Shown here: piece by piece, positions 14,829 through 25,000 of the stretch
Layout of the letters: each line of letters starts with the position of its first letter
How positions within the stretch are numbered: position 1 is the first letter of the stretch
IMG/VR virus record: IMGVR_UViG_3300037634_000677
Span: 1 to 31,085 of that record
DNA: 31,085 nucleotides
Source: a virus
Taxonomy: Duplodnaviria; Caudoviricetes
Reading direction: 5' to 3' (one strand)
Made by a program: the position numbers and the translations under genes
The notes under the pieces: generated by a model
What the model was told of the DNA's origin: nothing
Database searches by the model: none
The model's input: the letters and a program-made list of their open reading frames with translations, nothing else

Positions 14829-17803
14829 TCACCTACACGATCCCCAACCTTATCAACGGGATCTCCCAGCAGGCCCCGCAGCTCCGTCGTAAGACCCAGG
14901 CTGCACTGATGGACAATGGCTGGGCATCCGTCGTAGATGGCCTACAGAAGCGGCCTCCTATCGAGAACGTAGCCAAGGTGCTCACCAGCACTGACTACTC
15001 GGAGTCCCACGTACACGCTATGAACCGGGACGTGACTGAGCGTTACGTCGCTGTGTTCGGGCCCACGGAGATCACGGTCTTCGGGGTCGATGGGTCCCTC
15101 TATCAAGTGGAGACCCCGGACGGCGTGGGATACTTGCCGGCAAGTCCTTCCTCGCAGATGCGATGCGTCACCTTCGATGACTACACGTTCGTAGTCAACA
15201 CTGAGATGACCATGGCTATGTCGGGGACTACGCCTACCGCACCGAACTCCCAAGGCTTCGTTGAGGTCCGAGCAGCCAACTATGAGATGGACTACACGCT
15301 CACAGTCACAGACGCTGACGGTGCCTACGCGGTAACCCTGACCACTGGTGGTGGGCCTCCCTACAACACGACTGACCAGATCGCTGGGGACCTCGCATCC
15401 TCGACAACCCTAGATCCTATCACGGACTTCGAGGACCCAACTCGAGCCGCCACAGTAGACGGGTCAACCCCCGGGACTGCTGCGGCTGATGCAGGTCTCC
15501 AGGACCTCCTCACTGCGGAGGCCACGGATACCTACGTGGTCACCCGAGACGGCAACGTGATCCACATCGAGAACACCTCTGGGAACGACTTCCAGATTGA
15601 TGTCAAGGACGGCAACGCTGACGCTGCAATGTTGGCGTCTAAGGACTCCGTGGAGTTCTTCACTGAGCTCCCCACGCGAGCTGTCCACGATGTCTCTATT
15701 GAGGTCACCTCGACCCCCGAGGGCGGTGACGCCTACTGGGTGAAGTTCGAGAGACCCGACGCTGCCTCAGGCATCGGCGAGGGCCAGTGGATCGAGTCCG
15801 TTGACCCTAGTATCGACAATGCCTTTGACCCATCTACGATGCCCCATGTATTGGTCAGGCGTTTCGATGATGGATCGGGCACGATCACCGGGACCCCCAA
15901 CGCTGCCTACTTCAGCTTTGAGGAGTGGACCTGGTCTGACCGAGGCACCGGGGACGCAGACAGCAACCCTGAGCCTAGCCTCATCGGGGCTAAGGCACGG
16001 GACATCTTCTTCTTCCGCGACAGACTCGGCATCCTGACAGCTTCGGACATCGTATTGTCCGAGTCAGGGTTCTATGAGAACTTCTTCCGCACTACCGTCA
16101 CGGTCCTCGTGGACTCCGATGTCCTCGACCTGGCTATCAGTGACAACCAAGCTGCGGAGCTCTACTGGGCGGTGCCTGATGAGCAGGACCTGATCCTGTT
16201 CTCTGACCAGACCCAGTACATCCTAGAGAGTAACGGACCCCTGACCCCTGGGTCTGCCTCCATCCGGGCCACGACTCGCTTTGAGTCTAACCGGCGTGCG
16301 AGGCCCCAGCTCATCGGGGACCGTGTGATCTTCGGGCAGGAGAACGGCAGCTATGTCGGGCTCCGTGAGTATCGCCTAGATGCTAACACCCAGAAGCGTA
16401 CTGCTGAAGAGATCACCGGCCATGTGGATCAGTACATTGAGGGGGACCTCAAGGACATGACAGCCTCGGCACAGCAACGTGCCTTGGTAGTGGCTACGTC
16501 AGGTAGTCAGTACGTCTACCTGTACCAGTGGTTTGACCAGGGACCCCAACGCCTACAGGCCGCGTGGTCTCGGTGGGACCTCGGGGTAGGGGACTACCTC
16601 CTGGGGCTCAGGTTCATTGACACTAGTCTGTACTTCGTTTCCCAACGGGGCGACGGAGTCTACCTCGAGAAGATCGAGACGGACCCGGGTAGGCAGGACT
16701 ATGACAGCGGGGTGGTTATCCACCTTGACCGTCGAGTGGATCTCAATGATGTCCCGAGGATCTATGACCCCGTGGCTGACGAGACCACGATCACTCTGCC
16801 CTATCCCTGTGATGATGTTCCTCTCATTGTCCCGGCTTCCAATGAATGCCCGGACTCCTGTGGGGACCCAGACTTCGCGGGGACGTACTACGGGATCGAG
16901 AGATGTACGGATGGCGTTGAGCCTCCTGTGTATGTCCAGGATGATGAGTTTAATCTCAACGATGTCTTCCTTAGGAACGGCGTCTGTTACAAGGTAGTCA
17001 CCACTACTGAGACGGATCCTCCGCTTACCTCGGTGCTTCGTGTTGCAGATGTCACTAGCTCTGCGGACTGTGCGACCTGTACGAGTACCTGGCAGGACCC
17101 CGATGTCATGGCACCTCCTATGGCTGGTACGAGCTTCCTCCGGATGGCTCGGTGTGAAGATGACTCCATGGGTGAGTACTCGATCACTGAGCAGATCATG
17201 GGCTTCCCCGCTGGGGATGACCTGACGAAGATCTACGAGCTTAATGATGTCTGTTACTACGTCACGAATGTCAGAGAGACCGCTCCTAGTGATCCTCTGT
17301 TCCCTGTGATGATGGCGACGGCCCACGACACCTGTATTGATTGCATCGCCCCTTGTACTAACTGCTCGAACGACCCCAGCGACTTAGTAGCCAGCGGCCT
17401 CATTGATAACGATGTGGGGAATATCTGTACTAGCGCGAACACGACTTTTACCTTCATCGACAAGGACACTACCCCTACGAGGTGTGTCTGGAACTGGCGG
17501 TATTATGACGCTGTTAACGCGAGAACACATGAGGTGTGGCTCTACTATGCTTTAGACTCCATAACCGTTAGTACAGCCGGTAACTGCCCTGGTATACCTC
17601 TGGTAAAAGGGGAGTGGCTCATTAAAGCTGAGTTAGATTACCCAATCAGCAACGGAGTGGATTATGTGGAGAAAACTACTGGATTCTCGTGTAACACTAC
17701 GACTGGGAAGATCAGTGGATCTCACGAGGCCCTCCCCGCATGTAACGCGGGCGGCAAGTGCGATGATAGTATAACTGGTCCAACCTTCACGGTGGCCCCG
17801 TGA
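14819..17803 (+). CDS. gp12: Tail tubular protein B (nozzle): N-terminal ~660 aa fused to a Cys-rich ~330-aa extension
   Basis: IPNLINGISQQ, GLQKRPP, TMPHVLVR, NPEPS, FFRDRLG, QAAWSRW, HLDRR; after TTITLPY the sequence becomes Cys-rich and the normal gp12 C-terminus is absent. Confidence 0.93.
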   Translation: MALVTYTIPNLINGISQQAPQLRRKTQAALMDNGWASVVDGLQKRPPIENVAKVLTSTDYSESHVHAMNRDVTERYVAVFGPTEITVFGVDGSLYQVETPDGVGYLPASPSSQMRCVTFDDYTFVVNTEMTMAMSGTTPTAPNSQGFVEVRAANYEMDYTLTVTDADGAYAVTLTTGGGPPYNTTDQIAGDLASSTTLDPITDFEDPTRAATVDGSTPGTAAADAGLQDLLTAEATDTYVVTRDGNVIHIENTSGNDFQIDVKDGNADAAMLASKDSVEFFTELPTRAVHDVSIEVTSTPEGGDAYWVKFERPDAASGIGEGQWIESVDPSIDNAFDPSTMPHVLVRRFDDGSGTITGTPNAAYFSFEEWTWSDRGTGDADSNPEPSLIGAKARDIFFFRDRLGILTASDIVLSESGFYENFFRTTVTVLVDSDVLDLAISDNQAAELYWAVPDEQDLILFSDQTQYILESNGPLTPGSASIRATTRFESNRRARPQLIGDRVIFGQENGSYVGLREYRLDANTQKRTAEEITGHVDQYIEGDLKDMTASAQQRALVVATSGSQYVYLYQWFDQGPQRLQAAWSRWDLGVGDYLLGLRFIDTSLYFVSQRGDGVYLEKIETDPGRQDYDSGVVIHLDRRVDLNDVPRIYDPVADETTITLPYPCDDVPLIVPASNECPDSCGDPDFAGTYYGIERCTDGVEPPVYVQDDEFNLNDVFLRNGVCYKVVTTTETDPPLTSVLRVADVTSSADCATCTSTWQDPDVMAPPMAGTSFLRMARCEDDSMGEYSITEQIMGFPAGDDLTKIYELNDVCYYVTNVRETAPSDPLFPVMMATAHDTCIDCIAPCTNCSNDPSDLVASGLIDNDVGNICTSANTTFTFIDKDTTPTRCVWNWRYYDAVNARTHEVWLYYALDSITVSTAGNCPGIPLVKGEWLIKAELDYPISNGVDYVEKTTGFSCNTTTGKISGSHEALPACNAGGKCDDSITGPTFTVAP
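16886..17344 (+). repeat. Two diverged tandem protein repeats of ~65-70 aa in the gp12 extension
   Basis: ERCTD...NGVCYKV...ETDP...DCATC and ARCED...NDVCYYV...ETAP...TCIDC. Confidence 0.7.
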
Positions 17804-18057
17804 TCCGGGAGATCAACACCTCCGGGCAGTACGGCAAGAAGCCTGACGCCCCCGCGACCTCACCAGAACGCATACGCATAGCAGAACTCCGAGCATCCAT
17901 CTGCTCCACCTGCGAGTACGCCGAGAAGGTGACACCTCCAAAGAAGATAGCAAGTAGGTTCACGGTCTCCAACGTCCGCTGTAAGAAGTGCGGATGCTCC
18001 GGAGCCAACCTACTAAGAGAATCATCCCCATGCCCAATCGGGCGACATCCTGAATAA
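17800..18057 (+). CDS. Small Cys-rich putative metal-binding protein (DUF6171-like pattern)
   Basis: GTGA overlap; R..ICSTC...RCKKCGC...CPIG. Confidence 0.75.
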   Translation: MIREINTSGQYGKKPDAPATSPERIRIAELRASICSTCEYAEKVTPPKKIASRFTVSNVRCKKCGCSGANLLRESSPCPIGRHPE

Positions 18058-18066
18058 AACCTAAAC

Positions 18067-18105
18067 GACCCCAGAGACCTAAAAGCCTCTCGGGGTCTAT
18101 TCATT
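18067..18105 (+). terminator. Hairpin (weak terminator or processing site) between the insert and the gp12 C-terminal gene
   Basis: GACCCC(A)GAGA...TCTCGGGGTC followed by TATTCATT; U-tract is poor. Confidence 0.45.
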
Positions 18106-18120
18106 ACCCAAAGGAATCCC

Positions 18121-18600
18121 ATGAGCGACCTAACACACTCACCCGGGCAGTCGGTCCCCGTGGACTCCTGCACTGACACTGACATCGTAGTGACCGGCAA
18201 CTGGACCAACCTCCCCGCATTCGCTGGGACCCAGTACTGCTTCCGCTACCGTCTGAGTCCCCAGTACCTCAACACTGAGAGCGGGGGAGTCAGGACTCTC
18301 CTCAACGATGGGCGACTACAGCTCCGCAGCTTCGTGCTGTCCTTTACGAACACTCAGTACTTCAAGGTGGAAGTGACGCCCAACACGTCAGGCACCATGT
18401 ACGAGTACACGATTGGTGATGACGACCTAACCCTCGACTCTGAGACTCTCAACATCCAAGACGGTGACATTGATGTCCCAGTGATGGCCGAGGGCAACGA
18501 GGTGAGGATTGACCTGGTCAACTGTTCACCCTTCCCATCGAACTTCTTAACTGGCAGCTTCAAGGCTGAGTACGCACCTAAGGCCCGGAGGATCGGATGA
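18121..18600 (+). CDS. Tail tubular protein B C-terminal domain encoded as a separate gene
   Basis: GNW...G..Y.F.Y.LS, GRLQLR, VPVMA...V.I...SPFP.N......EY..KARRI match the gp12 C-terminus; own AAGGA RBS at 18111-18115. Confidence 0.9.
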   Translation: MSDLTHSPGQSVPVDSCTDTDIVVTGNWTNLPAFAGTQYCFRYRLSPQYLNTESGGVRTLLNDGRLQLRSFVLSFTNTQYFKVEVTPNTSGTMYEYTIGDDDLTLDSETLNIQDGDIDVPVMAEGNEVRIDLVNCSPFPSNFLTGSFKAEYAPKARRIG

Positions 18601-19064
18601 TTGAGTTCGTTACCCCTACGACTGAGGACCTCAAGTACCTCTCCGAGAACCTCCGGGAGGAGGACGTCAGGGAAGTAGAAACTGTGTCCCCAGGTGCTGA
18701 CCTGCTGGAGCTCCTTAAGGACTCCATGAAAGTCTCAGACCAGTGCTTCGTTGTCCGCAAGGATGGCGTGCCTGTGGTGATCTTCGGATCCAAGGCTACC
18801 GAGGACATCCTAAGCCTCGGAGCTAACGCGGCTGACATCTGGCTGCTCGGTACTGATGCCATCAAACTAAACAAGACCTCGTTCCTCAAACTGTCCCGCA
18901 AGGTGGTCCAAGAGATCTCCGAAGACGTGGACTACCTATGGAACATCGTGGACCCCCGCAACGAGCTGCACATTCGCTGGCTCCAGTGGCTGGGGTTCTC
19001 TTTCCCCCTTCCCTTCCGAACCCAAGGCGGGGTCGATTTCCTAGTAGCAATGAGGTATTCATAA
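18597..19064 (+). CDS. gp13: gp13-like internal virion/assembly protein (acetyltransferase-like fold)
   Basis: LREEDVREV, IWLLGT, LWNIVD.RN..HIRWLQWLGF. Confidence 0.88.
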   Translation: MIEFVTPTTEDLKYLSENLREEDVREVETVSPGADLLELLKDSMKVSDQCFVVRKDGVPVVIFGSKATEDILSLGANAADIWLLGTDAIKLNKTSFLKLSRKVVQEISEDVDYLWNIVDPRNELHIRWLQWLGFSFPLPFRTQGGVDFLVAMRYS

Positions 19065-19735
19065 TGTGTGAACCTGCAACAGTCATCACCGCTCTGTCCA
19101 TTGCCTCCACGGTCTCTGGGTATGTCGGTCAGCACCAGCAGGCCCAGGCCCAAGCGGACCACCAAGGACGCCTAGCCCAGGCCCGTGCTGACCAGATGCG
19201 TCAGAACAACATCAACGTGATGAATGCCTACCGTCTCAACCTCGAGCAGGTACAGACACGGCAACAGCAAGAGAACCAGGCCAGTAGCCAACAGGCCCAG
19301 GCCTACCAGCGTGAGAACCTCTCCCGTCAGGGCTTGGCTCAAGCTGCCACAGGTGAGTCAGGTGCGGCTGGTCTCAGTCGGGACCTACTCATGGCTGAGT
19401 TCGATAGAACCCAGGCGGGGTACCTGTCGAGCCTGGAGCTCCAATCGGACTACAGGAACCAGAGCGTGTTCTTCGAGACCCAGGCCATGCAGCTCCAAGC
19501 TGAAGGCCGGGCACAGTCGATCCAACCTTACATCCCGACGCCAGTCAATGGCCCCTCGCTCTTCGGAGCTGCTGTGGGTATTGGTTCAGGTGTGATGCAG
19601 GGCTACGACGCACACCTCCGTTACACCTTACAAGGCCACGCCAACCCTGACCCGAACAAGATGAATGAGGCACCTGGCTTTGGTGGGTTCATCCGCCAGG
19701 GCTTAGGCATCGACCCAACCCCAGGATTTAGTTAA
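19064..19735 (+). CDS. gp14: Internal virion protein, gp14-like
   Basis: MCEP start at the TAATG junction; Q/A-rich helix; GESGAAGLS.D motif; synteny. Confidence 0.85.
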   Translation: MCEPATVITALSIASTVSGYVGQHQQAQAQADHQGRLAQARADQMRQNNINVMNAYRLNLEQVQTRQQQENQASSQQAQAYQRENLSRQGLAQAATGESGAAGLSRDLLMAEFDRTQAGYLSSLELQSDYRNQSVFFETQAMQLQAEGRAQSIQPYIPTPVNGPSLFGAAVGIGSGVMQGYDAHLRYTLQGHANPDPNKMNEAPGFGGFIRQGLGIDPTPGFS

Positions 19736-22089
19736 TGAGCCAGTACCAACGTAACTACCTGGCTGATTCCATAGGGATCAATCCTACCGTTCGTCCTATT
19801 GACACCTTCGTCCAGGCTGCACAGGCAGGCGTGGCGGGTGCTCCGATTGGCCCTAACCCAGCGACACAGATCGCTGCGGCATTGGGGCAGGCTAACCAGG
19901 CCCTAGAGCAATACTACTTCCAGCCTGCCCATCAAAAGATGCTAAGGCAGCAGGAGGTGGATGCTCAGACCTACAAAGACCAGTACGAAAACATGCAGGC
20001 GTTCTCTGACGCAGTCAAGAGAGGGGACATCGAGCACGGGGATAACCCGTATCTCCAGGTGCTCACCAAGGAGTTGTTCGCCAAGGAGGAAGCCAACGAG
20101 GTGAGCATCCGCATCGCGGAGCTTACTGATAGACAAGACATCCTCGGGGCTGAAGATCCCATTGCAGCCTTTAACGAGGCTGTGCAGGAGATCCATACTG
20201 AAGTCCTCGGGGACAACTCGGATCCTTACTTCCGGCAGGCGTTTAGTCGCCACTCGGCACCTATGATCGCCCGAGGTGCCAACCAGTTCGCTCAGGGTCT
20301 TCGACGGTTTAACGTCGAGGAGGCCGAACGAGCGTTCCAATCCAACCTGGGCACCGAGCTAGAAAAGGTGTTTGGTGAACTAGAGACAGGCGATGTGCTC
20401 ACGCAAGAGGGCCTATCGCAGAGTATATCTGATGCCCTCGGGTCCCTGAGGGAATCCAACCTAATCCCCGCACATCGCATAAATGAGATGGCTGCCGGGG
20501 CTCTCCTAGCTAAGGCTGAGGAATACTCCACAACTGATGGCCTCGCGGCTGAGAGTGTTCTAAAGGCTCTGGAGAGTATGAAGAACAAGGACGGAGCCTA
20601 CATCTCTAATATCCCTCAGATCAGCCTGAGGATCGCAAAGCTCCGAGATAAGATTGATACAGAGAGGGAGCGAAGAGACGATAAGGACTATACAGCAAGG
20701 AAGCGGGCTCAAGACGAGGCGTTAGACGTTGCTGTAGGTTTTGTCGCTGAGTTAGATAGGACCCTGACGGGACCTGAGGTCCGGGAGATCCTAGAGAAAG
20801 AGCACCCAGGTATTACCAACAGGGCTGTCGAAGCTCTGGTCAAGGATCATGTATCCGGACAGAGGGCTGACAAGGCCTACGGGGATGCTTCCTTAGGGAA
20901 AGCCGTAGACTTAGAGATCAACGATCTTTTCGATCTCTACGACACCGCCGTCACCCCTGAGGAGCGGCAACTTCGGTTGACTCAGATATTGGACTTCAAG
21001 AACGAGACCGATCTCAGTGTGTCGCAGCACCGACGGATGTCAGACTTCATCTACGTCACAACCAACGCTGAGGCTAAAAAAGCCGGTAGGACCTTGACCC
21101 CGTTTGTGGCCTTAGAGTCCGCCGCAGTCCTCCAGGCTTATACGGTGGAGAGTGAAACGGAGATTGGTAAGTTTGCTCTCAAACCTGACGGCAAAGCCAT
21201 TAAGTCGATGATCGATGTCTACGCGACCAACGCCCTGGCAGAGCGTATGCGTGACAGAGAGCTAGGCCCTCCGACTCAGGAGGAACTCCAAGAGATTGCA
21301 CGCAACTCTGTGGCACAGGCTGAAGAGTTTGTTAAGGCTCAGAAGGAGTCCGGAGGACTGGGACTCTCCCCAGAAGTCGAGGAGATCCCTGTCTCACCTT
21401 TTGAGGTCGGACGACAGGAAGGCACCGACAAAGCATCCGAGACATATCGAAACATCCAGAAGTTAGAACAGGACAAGGCGTCGGCTACCACTCTGGCTGA
21501 ACGTGAGAGGATCCAGAAGAACATAGACAGTCAGACCCGCTTAGAGGAGAAACAAGTCCGGGACATGCAGATAGCGGTGGCCCAGCATCTCCAAGTGGGG
21601 TTCAAATCTGGCTGGGATGGCACGGCAGTTGGAGGCTTTGTGTCCATGGGATCCAGAGAGGAAGCCCAGAAGAACCTGGTGATTGTCTCGACGACCCGTG
21701 ACGGGGGTCCCCAATTTGCACGCCGCATTCTCTCTGAATACCACGAGGTCTCTCAGAAGCATCCAGACCTCTACCCTCCGAATGGAGTGGTGGACCCGCT
21801 GGTTGTTCAGTTGGTGGAGAGTCCAGGGACGTGGGCTCACATTGTAGGAGAGTTCCAGGAGATCCTAAAGGATCCGGAGTCCATCACCCGTACTCAGGGT
21901 AGATACAACACGCCTGAGCGGGACCCCAACAACATCCTTTGGTTACTCCACCAGGCGAACCCTGGATGGGGCTTAGGGGCATTTGATGCGGACGGTAAGT
22001 CCACTTCGGAGATGTTCAAGTCCATTGAAGTTGCACAGGTTCGATTAGCTACCCGGGCTCCCCAGCCCGTGAATAAGGAAAATAAATGA
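19735..22089 (+). CDS. gp15: Internal virion protein, gp15-like
   Basis: 784 aa, helical, located between the gp14-like and gp16-like genes; assignment mainly by synteny. Confidence 0.75.
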   Translation: MSQYQRNYLADSIGINPTVRPIDTFVQAAQAGVAGAPIGPNPATQIAAALGQANQALEQYYFQPAHQKMLRQQEVDAQTYKDQYENMQAFSDAVKRGDIEHGDNPYLQVLTKELFAKEEANEVSIRIAELTDRQDILGAEDPIAAFNEAVQEIHTEVLGDNSDPYFRQAFSRHSAPMIARGANQFAQGLRRFNVEEAERAFQSNLGTELEKVFGELETGDVLTQEGLSQSISDALGSLRESNLIPAHRINEMAAGALLAKAEEYSTTDGLAAESVLKALESMKNKDGAYISNIPQISLRIAKLRDKIDTERERRDDKDYTARKRAQDEALDVAVGFVAELDRTLTGPEVREILEKEHPGITNRAVEALVKDHVSGQRADKAYGDASLGKAVDLEINDLFDLYDTAVTPEERQLRLTQILDFKNETDLSVSQHRRMSDFIYVTTNAEAKKAGRTLTPFVALESAAVLQAYTVESETEIGKFALKPDGKAIKSMIDVYATNALAERMRDRELGPPTQEELQEIARNSVAQAEEFVKAQKESGGLGLSPEVEEIPVSPFEVGRQEGTDKASETYRNIQKLEQDKASATTLAERERIQKNIDSQTRLEEKQVRDMQIAVAQHLQVGFKSGWDGTAVGGFVSMGSREEAQKNLVIVSTTRDGGPQFARRILSEYHEVSQKHPDLYPPNGVVDPLVVQLVESPGTWAHIVGEFQEILKDPESITRTQGRYNTPERDPNNILWLLHQANPGWGLGAFDADGKSTSEMFKSIEVAQVRLATRAPQPVNKENK

Positions 22090-25000
22090 CCTATCAAATC
22101 CCCGAGGAGCAGTTAGCCGCTGCGTCAAATCCTCTACCACAGGGGACTCCTCGGTATCAACCAGCGGATGTAGACCACGGGCTACTCGACTACGCCAAGG
22201 ACTTCGGTCGGGGCGTTCTCCGGGGCGGCGTGGGCTTCGGAGAGTCTCTAGTAGAACTAGGGGACTCCACTGCCGAGCTCTTCGGAGGCGACCTCTTCGA
22301 GGGTAACGACCTCACTTGGAAGGAAGACCTTCTGGGCGAGAACGAGACCTGGGTGGGGACCCTCTCTGAGGGGATTACCCAGTTCGCTATCGGGTTTATC
22401 CCTGTGGCGGGCGTGACCTCGAAGATTGGTAAGGCTGCTCAGTTTGGCAAGGCAGGCCAGTACATTACCACGGCTCTCGGTGCCGGTGCTGTTGCTGACT
22501 TCGTGGCCTTCAACGGTCACGAGGGACGGTTGTCGGACTTAATCGAACAGTACCCCTCCCTACAGAACCCCATCTCCGGTTGGCTCGCTTCTAAAGAAGA
22601 TGACTCCGAGTGGGAAGGGCGGTTCAAGAACGCCTTGGAAGGCCTCGCCTTAGGTCCTATCGCTGACGTAGCTCTTGGGGGAGTTAAGCTCCTCGTGGGG
22701 GCTAAGAAGGCCCAGGCCAAAGGCGGGGACAAGGCTGGCGAGGACTACATCAAGAAGCACGCCCCAGCCTTACTCGGAGCCATCGAGGACCCCCTGACCT
22801 TCAAAGAAGCTCGGGGGCAACTTCTAGGATTAGGAATGCCTAAGAAGGAAGTTGACGCTTCGATGGCAATCATCCAGGAGACTGCTAAGAGCCTCGGACT
22901 TAAGCCTGACGAGTATGTCGGGATCACGATGAAACGTATCGAACGAGGCGTGGTCAAAGACCCCGACGCTCTCCAGCAGATGGCTGTAGAAGCATTCGAG
23001 GGTGAGGTCCCTGTATCGGTGGGGCCTAAAGAGAACATCTTCGACTTCGCCAAGAATCTGAATGACCACCTCATCTCTACCTACGGGACCCGGGACATCA
23101 AGCCCGGTACAGCTCAGTGGGAAGAGGCTAAAGGATGGGCTGCGGATGAAGTCCGTAAGCAGCTCCAGTCAGGACGAGACGGCACCGAATGGTACCAGAA
23201 GTCCATCGATAACCAGTTTCATTATTTATCCTACAAACATCCAGAGCTGGCCGAGAATGGGCCTGACCGTGTGCTATTTAGTACCTTCCTGTCTCTCACT
23301 TCCCCTGGTCGTATGCCTGACGCGAATATGAAGACGGCAGAGGCTTGGTATCGGATCTACAAAGAGACGGGGTCGATCCCAGAGAAGAACCCCTACACAG
23401 GGAACAACTGGGACACTGTCGGACCTACAGGGCGAGTCGAAGCTGGTAACGAGTTTCTCAGGGTCTTTAATTCCTTCGGGAATCCTGAAGATGCTCAGAA
23501 GTTCCTCTTCACTCCCCTGCCTTACGAGACTATGCTCAAGGAATGGGCGTTCCGGTCTGGTAAGGATGTAGCTAAACTACATGGCAAACGTGGATCTGAG
23601 ATTGCCCACTACCTCGAGGGCCTCGAAAAGATCACTGACGGATCCAACGTGAGCCGTAAGAACGTGAGACACAGCGACGAGGTTCCTCCTATCTTGATGA
23701 TCGGTCCTAAGGTAGGACCCTTCAATCTGAACCAAGCGGGATTCCACCAGTACCTGACAGCAGATAAGTGGTACTCCCGCTCTTTCCGTCGCTACTTCGG
23801 GAAGCTGTTTGATGAGCGTCCGAACGCCCAGATCGCTAAAGATGCTTCCGTCCGTCTATCCCGGCTGATCTCAGCAGGGAAGATTGGCAAGGAAGATCTC
23901 TCCGCGACTCTGTCAGCCCTCGGCGTCAAACGAGGCAATAAGCTAACTAAGGCCGCTGAGAAGGAACTTAAGAAGCAGTACGAGGAGTACTTGGAAAACG
24001 GAGCCTCAGGGAATGATAGTCTCGATAAAGTGTTCAACAAGGTCAAGGCGACCTTCACTGACATCGAGACGCCTTCCTCCAACCTCGAGCGAGGCTATAT
24101 GGCCCGCTTCGCAGCGGAGGTTTCCGAAGAACTTGGGATGACCGTTAGTGCATTCCAAGCAAACTTATGGTACTTTGAACAAACATTATGGGCCAAGGCC
24201 GGTACAGGTCGAGGCGTAACAGGAGACTTTGAAGATGCAGCAAGAAGCCTCATCGAAGCAGGCGGATACAGGCCAGATGTCCCAGGAACAGCTTCTAGCG
24301 AAGGTGTCAGAAATGATGCTGGAGGGAACCCTCAAGTCTCCCGAGGAGATGGAAGCGGCACTCAACAAGGTGGCTCGGCGGCTGCGGATGGAGGAGCAGG
24401 GACCGGACGAGGGCGAGGATCTGACCAACGAGGATCAACTCATCCTGGCTCGGAATCTGGCTCGGTCACGAAGGCAGCAGACCGGCTCGCAACCCGAGCA
24501 GCAAGGGTCAACCGAATCGGGGACGAAGCCCTCGAGTATGCCCAGCAATCTGGAATAGAGCCCCTGCCTCTCACCCGCTATGCGGATGTAGACCAGGAAC
24601 GTGCGGAGCGAATCGCTGAGGCCTATGAGAACATGAAGCACGCCCCGGAAGACCCGGAGGTTAAAGCTGCTTATGATGCTCTGGCTAGAGAGACCATCGC
24701 TCAGTATGAGTTCTTGAAATCTAAGGGTTATAAGTTCGAGTGGACTACAGAGCCCTCGACGTACGCTGACCATAAGATTCTCTTGGACGAGCTAGATAAA
24801 GGAAAGCCCATGAGGGTGTTCCTTTCCGAGGGAGGCTTTGGAGAGGACGCTGGGAAGTATCCCGGCCACCCTCTACTGGCACCTAGTGGCATTGTAGAGG
24901 ATGGTAAGGAGCTCCTGGTCAATGACCTGTTCCGTGCTGTTCACGATTACTTCGGCCACGGTAAGCCTGGGTCCTCCTTTGGAGCCCGGGGCGAAGAGAA

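Noticed and set aside
17360-17803. Diversity-generating retroelement target in the variable nozzle tip
   Set aside because: No reverse transcriptase and no template/variable repeat pair seen in the window.
16852-18170. 9-bp direct repeat GGACTCCTG (16852 and 18162), both encoding DSC; deletion between them would re-fuse gp12 in frame
   Set aside because: Too short to exclude chance. gp12 similarity seems to resume upstream of the second copy, and no recombinase or intron features are visible.
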